Assembly: GCA_963667035.1 (NCBI GenBank)
Contig: OY762964.1
Location: forward strand, 672,001 to 736,000
DNA from: Candidatus Cloacimonadales bacterium
Lineage (GTDB): Bacteria; Cloacimonadota; Cloacimonadia; Cloacimonadales; JAFGVF01
DNA length: 64,000 bases
Direction of reading: 5' to 3'
Shown: positions 31,293 to 40,948 of the stretch, in pieces
How positions within the stretch are numbered: the first letter of the stretch is position 1
Layout of the letters: each line of letters starts with the position of its first letter
Position numbers and translations under genes: made by a program
The notes under the pieces: generated by a model
Told to the model about the DNA's origin: nothing
Seen by the model: the letters and a program-made list of their open reading frames with translations, nothing else
Database searches by the model: none

Positions 31293-32590
31293 ACATCAAG
31301 ACATTACCTATAATCAAGAGAGAGTATCTCACACGAGTCAAAACAAAAGGTTTTATAATCGGGACCTTGTTCTTACCTGTGTTCTTTGTTCTAATCTTTG
31401 GTGGAATATTTCTGTTTGCATCACTCTTTCAACCCAAAGGACAGGACTATGTAATCATTGACCGATCAGGATTTATCTATGATGATTTTATAAAGATTCA
31501 TAATAAGACCCTAAAAGACGGTAGTCCAAAGTTCAAGTGGCAGAAGTATGACATCTCCGGGAAGAGTGTTGATGAAGCAAAAGAAGAGATTAATGCTAAG
31601 ATAAGAAGTAAGGAAATAGATGCTTGCTTCATAATCCCTGAGGATATTGTTCAATCTAAAGTTGTAACTTTCCTTGGTAGGAATGTATCGGATTTAGACG
31701 GATTACAATCATTCAACAGAACTTTCAACTGGTTAGTCAGTAACAAACGTATGGAAATGAAAGGCTATGACGCTGATATAATCAGAGAAGAAATGGATCA
31801 AGGTAAGGTTCTGATTCAAAGTATACAAGTAACGGATAAAGGAGAAGTAGGGAAGAATAGTGCTTCTAACTTCTTGTTAACATATATATTGGGATATTTC
31901 CTTTTCCTCTTCATCATGTCTTATGGACAAACTGTTACTCGAAGTGTCATTGAAGAGAAGAGCCAGAGAATCACAGAAACAATAATCTCATCGATAAGAC
32001 CGATTGAGTTAATGATGGGAAAATTGATAGGTATATGCTTAGTGGGTATAACACAGCTTGTTGTTATTGCCGGATTTTTATATATCTTCACTTTATATGG
32101 AGATGATATATTGCTAAAAGCAGGAGTAGGAGCTCCAAAGCTATTGGATATAATAAGGAACCTAAGCTTTACTCCCGTAGTATTTGGCTATTTCATTTTG
32201 TTCTTCTTGTTTGGCTATCTAATTTATGGTGCTATTTTTGCCGCTATAGGAGCTATGGTTAACACTGAAGATGAAGGTCAACAGTTCCTAACTCCGGTTG
32301 TTCTTCTTAATTTAGTGAGTTTCTTCATTATGTTTACGGTTGCAAAGAATCCTGATACTGTTCCTGCCATGTGGGTATCTCTTGTGCCGTTCTTTACTCC
32401 TGTAGTTATGTTTGCTCGCATTGCTGCCATGGATCCGGTATTACCTTCTGCGGCTATTATTTCTATATTCACTACAGGACTATCCGTCTATGGTCTTCTT
32501 TTGTTAGTAGCTAAAATCTATCGAGTCGGTATCCTTATGTATGGTAAGAAACCGTCGTTGAAAGAAGCTATAAAATGGATCAAGTATTAG
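31289..32590 (+). CDS. ABC-2 transporter permease (YhaP/NatB-like)
   Basis: IIKREYLTRVK, EEKSQRI.E, GK..G, KIYRVGILMYGK; ATGA overlap with the ATPase gene. Confidence 0.9.
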   Translation: MNIKTLPIIKREYLTRVKTKGFIIGTLFLPVFFVLIFGGIFLFASLFQPKGQDYVIIDRSGFIYDDFIKIHNKTLKDGSPKFKWQKYDISGKSVDEAKEEINAKIRSKEIDACFIIPEDIVQSKVVTFLGRNVSDLDGLQSFNRTFNWLVSNKRMEMKGYDADIIREEMDQGKVLIQSIQVTDKGEVGKNSASNFLLTYILGYFLFLFIMSYGQTVTRSVIEEKSQRITETIISSIRPIELMMGKLIGICLVGITQLVVIAGFLYIFTLYGDDILLKAGVGAPKLLDIIRNLSFTPVVFGYFILFFLFGYLIYGAIFAAIGAMVNTEDEGQQFLTPVVLLNLVSFFIMFTVAKNPDTVPAMWVSLVPFFTPVVMFARIAAMDPVLPSAAIISIFTTGLSVYGLLLLVAKIYRVGILMYGKKPSLKEAIKWIKY

Positions 32591-32736
32591 AAATATCATC
32601 AAGAATCTACAGATAAAGCTTACTCATAAAACAATGGGGGTACGGATTTTGTACCCCTTCGTTTTATCTACACAATTCTATATAGCTACAGCTAAAATCT
32701 GATATATTATAAAAGATTATCTATGTTATTACTCCC

Positions 32737-32827
32737 TGAGTTCATACGTTAGACTGTTAAGTACTAAAGTTTTATTAAGAGTCTCGTTCGGCTTCATTTG
32801 ACAAGTTCATTCCGTTCTGGGTGACAA
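32737..32827 (-). repeat. Dispersed ~90-bp repeat, copy 1 (inverted relative to 63159-63249)
   Basis: Ungapped alignment by eye, 74/91 identical to 63159-63249. Confidence 0.8.
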
Positions 32828-32946
32828 CTGTGTATTTTGCCTTTGTCATTTTGCTCAGGGTCACTCGCCACTCTTCTTCTTACTCTCACAATCTATTTTG
32901 CATCCTTCTGCTCGTCCACCAACCGGAGAATTTTCACAAGATTCTG

Positions 32947-33039
32947 TCTCATTTTTCTCCCGTTTCTATCTCGTTGCGAGCAACGGGAGAGCAACGGGAG
33001 ACCAACGGGAGACTAACCCGAGAGAAACCCGTGGTTGGT
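32947..33039. repeat. 11-bp-phased TCCCGTT/AACGGGA array
   Basis: Reverse motifs at 32947, 32958, 32969; forward motifs at 32982, 32993, 33004, 33015, 33026; then GGTTGGT. Confidence 0.85.
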
Positions 33040-33378
33040 GGACGACAAAAAGGAACAATTAAAGAGATTAAAATTGGAAAGAGTTAGGAGTGAAATAGGA
33101 ATTGGTTAGGAAGTTGGAAACATTTTGAAGTCTTCATTTCAGAATTAAACAGAGGCATTGAGAGGTGAGAGAAACCTTTGATTTACAATGAATGATATAG
33201 AGAATAGAAACCATAAAAATGCTATGAATACTAACACAAATTGATAGATTAATAATAAAATGCATATTTGGACTGAGTATTGCATTCTAGTTTATTTAAT
33301 AATTTAGGAATTTATTTTGAACGACTGAATCAAATGATTTCAGTCATAGTCTATAATTATTTTACATGCGGAGGTTTT

Positions 33379-35673
33379 ATGAAACAGAGTTTTATTATAA
33401 TTCTATTGTTACTTCTTGTCTCGTCTATTTTAGCCGTTCCTATTCAGCCGGCAGGTTTTGGGAATGAAGATGATCCATATCTGATTGAATCCGTTGAAAA
33501 TCTGATTTGGATTAGTTGTAATCCCAGCTCTTGGTCAAGTTATTTTCTCCAAACAGCTAACATTGATGCATCCAGTACTGAGGGGATGAATAACGAGTAT
33601 GGATTCAGTCCGATTGGAAGATACGATCAGAATTTTACAGGTAACTATTCAGGTCAGGGATACACAATTTCTTCATTAACAATATTCAGACCTAATACCG
33701 ATGGTACAGGTCTTTTCGGTGTATGTGATGGAGCTGAAATATCAGGAGTCTACATGACAGATGCCGACATCTGGGGAAACAGTTATTCAGGACTACTTAT
33801 TGGTCAATGCTCCAGTTCAATAGTAGAAGAATGTTCTGTTATAGGAACTCTTAAAGGTTCTTCTTATATTGGTGGATTAATAGGCTATTCTAGTACATCA
33901 TTAGTACAGGAGTGCTATAGTTCGATTACCTGTGAAAATGATTACAATATGAGTATAGGTGGTTTAATTGGATTTAGTCAAGCCAATTCAATATCTTTAT
34001 GCTCAAGTAGTTCTACACTAACATATAATTATTGTTATTATGTTGGTGGTCTTGTAGGAGAGGCTTATGACACTAATATTAGTTTCAGCAATTCTATAAA
34101 TACAGTTACAGCAACAGCACAAGTAGGCGGTATAGTCGGATTTGGTCAGAATACAACCATAAACGGATGTAAAAATTATGGTCAGATTAATTGCTCTGAT
34201 GGCTCAGGGTATTTCTATGATGAAGGAGTAGGTGGAATAGCAGGAATTTTTTCAGGAACTATTATTTACTGCCAGAATCACGCTGATGTAAGTGGTATTG
34301 TTTCAGTTGGAGGGATTGTTGGTGCTCTCTATGGCGAAAGCAGAATTGAAAATTGCTGTTCAACAGGAAACATTAGTGGTGAAACACGAGGAGTAGGTGG
34401 AATAGTTGGCTATTTTGAGCATGCTAACATCATTAATAGCCACTATAATTATGACCAAGTATTGATTAATGAAGAATACAATGTTTCAATAGGTTCATTA
34501 AGAAATGAGATGTATGAAGACTGGGTTGACGGCGGTTATCAACCTCTTGATGTTAACAATTATCTAGTATGGGAAGAGAGAGGATATGGAATTGACTCTG
34601 CTGATGATTTGCATTATATGATTGCTTTTAATGATCATTGCTTTATGCTCACAAGTGACATTGATTTATCAGATAGTCCTAATCTCTTTATTCCGCTCTT
34701 CAGTGGTAGGTTAGATGGAAACGGACACACTATCGATAACTTGACTTTATCTTTAGATTGGCAAACCAATCTTGGTTTTATTGGTATTCTTGATAAAGGA
34801 ATTGTAGGGGATTTATATCTCACAAATGTAGACATTGAAGGAGAAGAAGCAGTCGGTGGACTTTGTGCTTATATGAATGAGGGATCAATTTCAATGTGTA
34901 TGACTTCAGGAGTAGTATGTAGTAATCAAATCACAGAATTTGCAGGGTGTCCTATGTCTTCCGGTGGTTTAGTTGGACAAGCTATTGATTCTGGAATCAG
35001 TGATTCTTTCAGTAGGGCTGTTGTTGTTACTACTAATGATTATACTTCAGGTGGCTTAGTTGGAGTAATTGGTGATACAAGTGTAAGAAGATGTTATAGT
35101 ACCGGAGCTATAGAAAGCACAACTCGTTTAGGTGGATTAATAGGTTACGCAAGAGGCGTATGTGATGTAACAGATTCATTCTGGGATACTGAAAGCTCTC
35201 AGGTCGATACTAGTAACGGAGGAACAGGATTATCTACATTAGAAATGCAAACAATGTCTACTTTCACAGATGCCGGTTGGCATTTTGGAGATAATGAATA
35301 TTGGGCAATCGACAGTAATACGAATGACGGTTATCCTTACTTAGTACATGAACCTATTCTTGCTAACGATGATTCGGTTAATCCCGAAGTTGAGATACCT
35401 TTCTGCACAATGAGTAATTATCCTAATCCGTTTAATCCTACTACTACAATTTCATACACAATCTCTAAAACATCAAATGTAGAGATTTCTGTTTACAATG
35501 TTAAGGGACAGAAAGTAAGACAGTTGATTAATGAAGAGAAATCCTCAGGAACACACAGTATTGTATGGAACGGAGACAACGATAAGGGTAGAAATGTTAC
35601 ATCAGGTATTTACTTCTGCAAGATGTCTAGCGGGGGGCAAACCACTACGAGGAAACTTATTCTAATGAAATAA
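33379..35673 (+). CDS. Secreted GLUG-motif beta-helix protein with FlgD-Ig CTD
   Basis: G.G...DPY.I, GLFG, repeated GGLIG/GGIVG, NDGYPYL, NYPNPFNP; GGAGG RBS before ATG 33379. Confidence 0.85.
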   Translation: MKQSFIIILLLLLVSSILAVPIQPAGFGNEDDPYLIESVENLIWISCNPSSWSSYFLQTANIDASSTEGMNNEYGFSPIGRYDQNFTGNYSGQGYTISSLTIFRPNTDGTGLFGVCDGAEISGVYMTDADIWGNSYSGLLIGQCSSSIVEECSVIGTLKGSSYIGGLIGYSSTSLVQECYSSITCENDYNMSIGGLIGFSQANSISLCSSSSTLTYNYCYYVGGLVGEAYDTNISFSNSINTVTATAQVGGIVGFGQNTTINGCKNYGQINCSDGSGYFYDEGVGGIAGIFSGTIIYCQNHADVSGIVSVGGIVGALYGESRIENCCSTGNISGETRGVGGIVGYFEHANIINSHYNYDQVLINEEYNVSIGSLRNEMYEDWVDGGYQPLDVNNYLVWEERGYGIDSADDLHYMIAFNDHCFMLTSDIDLSDSPNLFIPLFSGRLDGNGHTIDNLTLSLDWQTNLGFIGILDKGIVGDLYLTNVDIEGEEAVGGLCAYMNEGSISMCMTSGVVCSNQITEFAGCPMSSGGLVGQAIDSGISDSFSRAVVVTTNDYTSGGLVGVIGDTSVRRCYSTGAIESTTRLGGLIGYARGVCDVTDSFWDTESSQVDTSNGGTGLSTLEMQTMSTFTDAGWHFGDNEYWAIDSNTNDGYPYLVHEPILANDDSVNPEVEIPFCTMSNYPNPFNPTTTISYTISKTSNVEISVYNVKGQKVRQLINEEKSSGTHSIVWNGDNDKGRNVTSGIYFCKMSSGGQTTTRKLILMK

Positions 35674-35681
35674 ATAAATTG

Positions 35682-35711
35682 AAAAGCCCCCTTTTGTAGG
35701 GGGCTTTTTTT
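35682..35711. terminator. Bidirectional intrinsic terminator
   Basis: AAAAGCCCCCT-TTTGT-AGGGGGCTTTTTT. Confidence 0.85.
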
Positions 35712-35735
35712 AACGTTGTCAAAAACTCGACTTAA

Positions 35736-37415
35736 TTATACTCTTGTGAGCTTTCTGTAAGTAATTCTCTTAGGAATAAGAGCTTTATTACCTAGTCTCA
35801 TCAGCTTATTCTCTTCATATTCACTGAAATTACCGTCAAACCATTTTACCATACTATCACCTTCAAAAGCAAGAATATGAGTACAGATTCTATCGAGGAA
35901 GTATCTGTCATGGCTAATGACTACAGCACAACCTGCAAAATCCATAATAGCATTTTCCAAAGCTCTAATTGTGTATACATCCAGGTCATTCGTCGGTTCG
36001 TCCAGAAGTAGAACATTACCGCCTTGTTGTAAGGTAAGAGCTAAATATGCTCTGTTTTTCTCTCCTCCACTAAGGATGTTAATCGGCTTTGAATGTTCAC
36101 TACTACTGAAATTGAACTTACTTAAATATTCTCTAACATTTATCTCTCTATCTCCGGCAACAAGAACGTCTCTACCTTCGCCAATTACTTCCAGTATGGT
36201 CTTCTCCGTGTCTATAAAACGATTTTGGTCAACGTAAGAGAGCTTAACGGTTTCGCCTATTGTGAAACTACCTGAGTCAGGTTGCTCTTTGCCGGTTATC
36301 ATGTTAAAGAGAGTAGTTTTACCTGCACCATTAGCACCTATTACTCCTATAATTCCACCTGCCGGTAAGTCAAATTCAAGATTCTCATAGAGAAGCTTTT
36401 CTTCAAAGCCTTTGGAAACACCTTCCGCTTTGATAACATTCTTACCTAACTTAGGACCTTCAGTAATGAAAATCTGATCTGTACGATTCTCTTTTCTGTA
36501 TTCTTTAGAAGCCATCTTCTCATAATTAGCAATTCTAGCTTTACTCTTGGCATGTCTTGCTTTCGGACTACTGCGAATCCACTCAAGTTCTTCTGCTAAA
36601 GCTTTCTGACGCTTTGTCTCACCTCTGGATTCTTGTGCCAGACGCTTTTGCTTTTGTTCAAGCCAAGAAGAGTAGTTTCCTTCATAAGGTATGCCTTCAC
36701 CGCGATCAAGTTCCAGAATCCAACCAGCAACGTTATCTAGGAAGTATCTATCATGAGTAATAGCTATAACAGTACCTTTGTATTGATGTAAATGGTGTTC
36801 AAGCCAAAGTATGGTCTCTGCATCCAGATGGTTAGTCGGTTCGTCCAATAGAAGGATATCAGGTTCTTGAAGTAATAATCTGCAAAGAGCTACACGACGC
36901 TTCTCTCCACCTGAAATTACTCCAATCTTTAAGTCTGATGGGGGACACCTTAACGCATCCATCGCCAGTTCAAGTCTACTATCCAGATCCCAGGCATTTG
37001 TAGCATCGAGCTTATCTTGAAGTTTACCTTGTTCTTCTAAAAGCTTGTTCATCTCGTCATCACTCATCGGCTCTGCAAACTTCATGTTGATTTCATCGAA
37101 ACGCTTTAACAAGGCGACAATCTCGGCTGCTCCTTCCTGAACTATCTCAAGTACTGTTCTTTCAGGGTCTAATTGAGGTTCCTGTTCCAGATAACCGATA
37201 GTATAACCTTTAGACATAGCAACTTCACCCAAGTAATCTTGGTCTAGACCTGCCATGATTTTTAATAGTGTACTTTTACCGGAGCCGTTGAGTCCTACAA
37301 CTCCTATCTTAGCTCCGTAATAATAACCCAGATATATATCTTTTAAAATTTGTTTACGACCATCGACAACTTTTCCTATTCCTGACATAGAATATATAAC
37401 TTTCTGTTCTTCCAT
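35736..37415 (-). CDS. ettA: Energy-dependent translational throttle ABC-F ATPase EttA
   Basis: GAKIGVVGLNGSGKS, AMDALRCP, SGGEKRRVALC, NVAGWILELDRGEG.PYEGNYSSWLEQK, two ABC cassettes. Confidence 0.95.
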   Translation of the reverse strand: MEEQKVIYSMSGIGKVVDGRKQILKDIYLGYYYGAKIGVVGLNGSGKSTLLKIMAGLDQDYLGEVAMSKGYTIGYLEQEPQLDPERTVLEIVQEGAAEIVALLKRFDEINMKFAEPMSDDEMNKLLEEQGKLQDKLDATNAWDLDSRLELAMDALRCPPSDLKIGVISGGEKRRVALCRLLLQEPDILLLDEPTNHLDAETILWLEHHLHQYKGTVIAITHDRYFLDNVAGWILELDRGEGIPYEGNYSSWLEQKQKRLAQESRGETKRQKALAEELEWIRSSPKARHAKSKARIANYEKMASKEYRKENRTDQIFITEGPKLGKNVIKAEGVSKGFEEKLLYENLEFDLPAGGIIGVIGANGAGKTTLFNMITGKEQPDSGSFTIGETVKLSYVDQNRFIDTEKTILEVIGEGRDVLVAGDREINVREYLSKFNFSSSEHSKPINILSGGEKNRAYLALTLQQGGNVLLLDEPTNDLDVYTIRALENAIMDFAGCAVVISHDRYFLDRICTHILAFEGDSMVKWFDGNFSEYEENKLMRLGNKALIPKRITYRKLTRV

Positions 37416-37542
37416 TAATTCCTCTTTTTGGTTTGTTTCAATGTGTTAGCAATAATAATTGTGGTGTGAGTGTCAAGATAATAGGAATTATTCAAAGTTA
37501 TTAGCAAACAACTTTGTACTAAGCTCATTTACTATTGTATTA

Positions 37543-38523
37543 TTATCCGGAAATATGTAACGCTTTTCTTATAGTGCCTTCATGTACTTGTCTTTTCTCT
37601 GTACTGTTAATATATGATACGTCTTTTTTAGAAGTATTTATTAAGGTGATTGCTTGATTATTGACCATTGGGAATGTGAAATTAACATCTTGCTCCCAGT
37701 AAGAGAAATTGTCGCTTTTTAACCAATAGGCAGCAACAACAGTTGTGGGATATGCTTCATAGTAATCAATTTCATACATTGTATCATCACATGGAACTAC
37801 TATTAAATCTTCGGTTTGAATGGATTGTCCGAAGTTAACGTATATTGGACATAGATTGTATGTCCCTCTGTTTATCATTTTTAAGAAGAATACATCTTCA
37901 GTGTAGTATAAATCAATAAAGTCACTATCACCTGTCATCTCAACTGTGTCATATCCTTCTAACTCAAGTCCAACGATATCACCTTGATCTGTCTTACATG
38001 AAGTTTTAGCCAAATAGAAGTATGAACCATCACTTTTTAATAATCTGAAAGTAATTGATTGTCCCGGTGAGACTATTTCCGTACCATAGTTAGCAACAGT
38101 TACTTCTGTGTCAGTGTGCATCTCATTATTAAAAATGACGTTAAAATAGTCTATATGAACAGTTCTTATTGAAGCGGTTTCGGAATAAACACTGCTACCT
38201 TTTTCACCTGATGCCATTATACGATAGAAATAATGTGTGTCATTAAGTAATCCCTCAACCTGTATTGTTGTGTCGTATGTTACACGCTTTTCAAAGCCCT
38301 CAACATAATTTCTGAACTCAGGGGATGATGATACATCTAATATGTAAAATTCTGCATAAGGTACTTCTGACCAACTTGCCGTAAATCCTGTAGCTTCTAT
38401 ATCTGTTGCATCATTGATGATTGGCACCTCCATCTTAAAGACAGGAGCTATTGGACTTTCATCTTCGCACCCCATAACAATGACACCTATCATCAATAAT
38501 AATAAACCCAATACACTTCTCAT
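37543..38523 (-). CDS. FN3-domain lipoprotein
   Basis: Lipobox-like VMGC; FTASWS..Y.LDVS..GL...T.YFYRI.A FN3 pattern. Confidence 0.75.
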   Translation of the reverse strand: MRSVLGLLLLMIGVIVMGCEDESPIAPVFKMEVPIINDATDIEATGFTASWSEVPYAEFYILDVSSSPEFRNYVEGFEKRVTYDTTIQVEGLLNDTHYFYRIMASGEKGSSVYSETASIRTVHIDYFNVIFNNEMHTDTEVTVANYGTEIVSPGQSITFRLLKSDGSYFYLAKTSCKTDQGDIVGLELEGYDTVEMTGDSDFIDLYYTEDVFFLKMINRGTYNLCPIYVNFGQSIQTEDLIVVPCDDTMYEIDYYEAYPTTVVAAYWLKSDNFSYWEQDVNFTFPMVNNQAITLINTSKKDVSYINSTEKRQVHEGTIRKALHISG

Positions 38524-38789
38524 ACATCCCTCAATCACGGTTTTCTTTATTTTAATGAGAATAGCTTAATAGTTGTCAATGAAAATATATTCTTAAAGCA
38601 AATACAGGATAATTAGCAATGTATATTATGCGGGGATAATGTAATGATTAAAGATTTATTTGATTATTAACAAAAGCGTTAAGTATAAAAATGAAAATAG
38701 TATCAATTTTTTGTTTGACATGATTTCGGTGATTAAATAGGTTGCTTTCACACGCTTCGGCGTGGGTATAGAGTGAATTAAGAGTATGC

Positions 38790-38866
38790 GGGGGCGTAGT
38801 TCAGTTGGTTAGAACGTCTGCCTGTCACGCAGAAGGCCGCGAGTTCGAGTCCCGTCGCTCCCGCCA
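38790..38866 (+). tRNA. tRNA-Asp(GTC), copy 1
   Basis: GGGGGCG/CGCTCCC-G-CCA; anticodon arm TCTGC-CTGTCAC-GCAGA. Confidence 0.95.
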
Positions 38867-38904
38867 GTTTATTCAAACACGCATACTCATTAATAGATCC
38901 CTTT

Positions 38905-38981
38905 GGGGGCGTAGTTCAGTTGGTTAGAACGTCTGCCTGTCACGCAGAAGGCCGCGAGTTCGAGTCCCGTCGCTCCCGCCA
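38905..38981 (+). tRNA. tRNA-Asp(GTC), copy 2
   Basis: Identical 77-nt copy of 38790-38866. Confidence 0.95.
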
Positions 38982-38986
38982 GTCTT

Positions 38987-39020
38987 AAAAGCCTATTCAC
39001 GAAAGTGGATAGGCTTTTTT
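38987..39020 (+). terminator. Intrinsic terminator of the tRNA-Asp operon
   Basis: AAAAGCCTATTCAC-GAAA-GTGGATAGGCTTTTTT. Confidence 0.85.
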
Positions 39021-39352
39021 CGTATTCAGATGGAAAGCTTAATGGTGTAGGCAATAAGAATGGTTTGGAAGAAATGTCCGGAAGTAAGATTGTATTAAAA
39101 AGAATAGAAACTTTACAGGAAGAAGATTGTGTGGCATTTCAGCAACAAACGCGACTTACCAATATATATATTGTAACGATTACTTACTTTCGCTTTTTAG
39201 CTTATTCTATATGGTTCTAAGTATAATGATTGACCTGAGTTTAGAATAGTGAACTATCCTTAAACTTCATACAATCTTAGCAATAATATCACATCTGTAT
39301 TCAACTTTATTGCGAAGAATAAAGTTTGTAGTTAAGAAAATACTTGCTTTAT

Positions 39353-39733
39353 TCACTGCCAAAAATAGATAACTCCAACAAGTAATCCTGCAACGAAACA
39401 TAGAGGAGAAAAAACTCCAACTAGTTTGGATAGCATTCTATATTTTTTACCTATTTTTTTTTCATCACCTAAACATTTAATAGCAGCTAATTGTTCTTGC
39501 GCTATATAAGCAAAAAAACCACACAAAACAGCAAAAAGAGAACCAAGAGCAAACAATAAGAGTGAAATTGGTAAGGAAGACAAATCAAAACCCTTTTCTT
39601 TAAGTTTGCCAGCATATGTCATTATAGCAATTGCAGCTGCTCCATTTAACATAAACGAATTTTTTATTACATTTTGTGAATATACAATAGTCGCTTTGAG
39701 TCGTTCAATTTGTTTTGATTCAAAATAATCCAA
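39353..39733 (-). CDS. Small 3-TM membrane protein of unknown function
   Basis: Three hydrophobic segments, LNGAAAIA motif; AGGAGG RBS before TTG start. Confidence 0.65.
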   Translation of the reverse strand: MDYFESKQIERLKATIVYSQNVIKNSFMLNGAAAIAIMTYAGKLKEKGFDLSSLPISLLLFALGSLFAVLCGFFAYIAQEQLAAIKCLGDEKKIGKKYRMLSKLVGVFSPLCFVAGLLVGVIYFWQ

Positions 39734-40535
39734 AAATCCTCCTGTGGGTATATTTAATTATCTTTTGATAAATTAAGACAGAAATCAGATGTATTGAATA
39801 AAGTATAAGCTAATACAATAATATACACATCTGTTCTTTTATAAAGCAGAACTTGTTTAAATGCTACTTAAATTTCTTTTTGAAACTACTTAGATTAAGA
39901 TAATCGTAACTCCTCTCTATTGATAAAAAAGAGTAGAATGGGTTGCAAGGTCAAGAATAAAGTTCAGTCCATAGAATAACGATTATAAATTGTACTTCTC
40001 ATTAAAAGGGTAATTACGATTTTGCGCTTCTGCAGAATCCCAAACCGAAATAGTCCCTAATGCGTTTGTAGTATCGTACAAAAGTGCAAAAGCGGTTGAG
40101 CTAGCGACTATTATCATAACCTTAAACGACCATCGATTTATAACATAAAGCTTTAAAATAACTTACAAGCCATTAAGTATCCCCAAACAAGCCGTCAAAA
40201 CAGAAGCAATCCAGAAAATGGTTGCCGTAAAAGTAAGTAAAATGGAAGTATTGCAAAAGCGTTTATATATAAGCGTAAATGACTAATAAATAAAAAGTTA
40301 GAAAAGAAAGATGCTCGATATGGTCTATGTACTCTTGGGTGTCACTTTATTCAAATCAAGTTGTAGAGGATTAACGCAAAAAACTTCTATATTAAAATTT
40401 TTTGCTTGTGCAAATTAATGCAATTGTGTTTTTTTACTAGCACAAGGAGTATAGAGATGAGTAGTAAATGATTGAAGTGTCAATTTTCTTTTCAGAATTG
40501 GCTAAGTTATTTTAACACAAGTATGGGGACATGAT

Positions 40536-40754
40536 ATGAATTCAAAAGAATCAATTGTAAGGATTAAAATCAACAGATTACTTGAAAAATCTGGATGATT
40601 TTTGGGTGATGGAGATAAGAGGGCAAACATTCAATTAGAGCCAAATGTAAAAGTAACTCATAAGCAGATAGATAGTCTTGATGATAATTTTGAAATCACA
40701 AAAGATGGTTATCCAATGGTTGTGCTTGAAGCTATTACACTCTTTCTTGAATAG
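40536..40754 (+). pseudogene. hsdR: N-terminal remnant of a type I restriction enzyme R subunit
   Basis: MNSKESIVRIKINRLLEKSG*FLGDGDKRANIQLEPNVK...YPMVVLEA; stop at 40596-40598 where Trp is expected (E..R..I...L..aGW pattern); truncated. Confidence 0.65.
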
Positions 40755-40948
40755 ATTAAACAATTTTATTATTTTTGCTGATAAGACAATTATTAGAGAT
40801 ACTGTTTTGCGAGGATTTGGAATTGCGGAATCAGAAACTCGTTCTATTGCTGATGCAAAAAAGGAATTAGGTGATGATAAAACTATATGAGAAATATTTT
40901 CTAGGATATCAAGAGTATTTGTATGCGTAGCTTTATGGAGGAATTGTT

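Noticed and set aside
38905..38981. Second tRNA-Asp as an att-site duplication
   Set aside because: Full-length copy 38 nt after the first and upstream of a shared terminator: ordinary tandem tRNA genes.
40596..40598. In-frame TGA in the HsdR-like fragment as Sec or Trp recoding
   Set aside because: Aligns to Trp, no SECIS-like hairpin, fragment is otherwise truncated, and TGA is a normal stop in other genes here.
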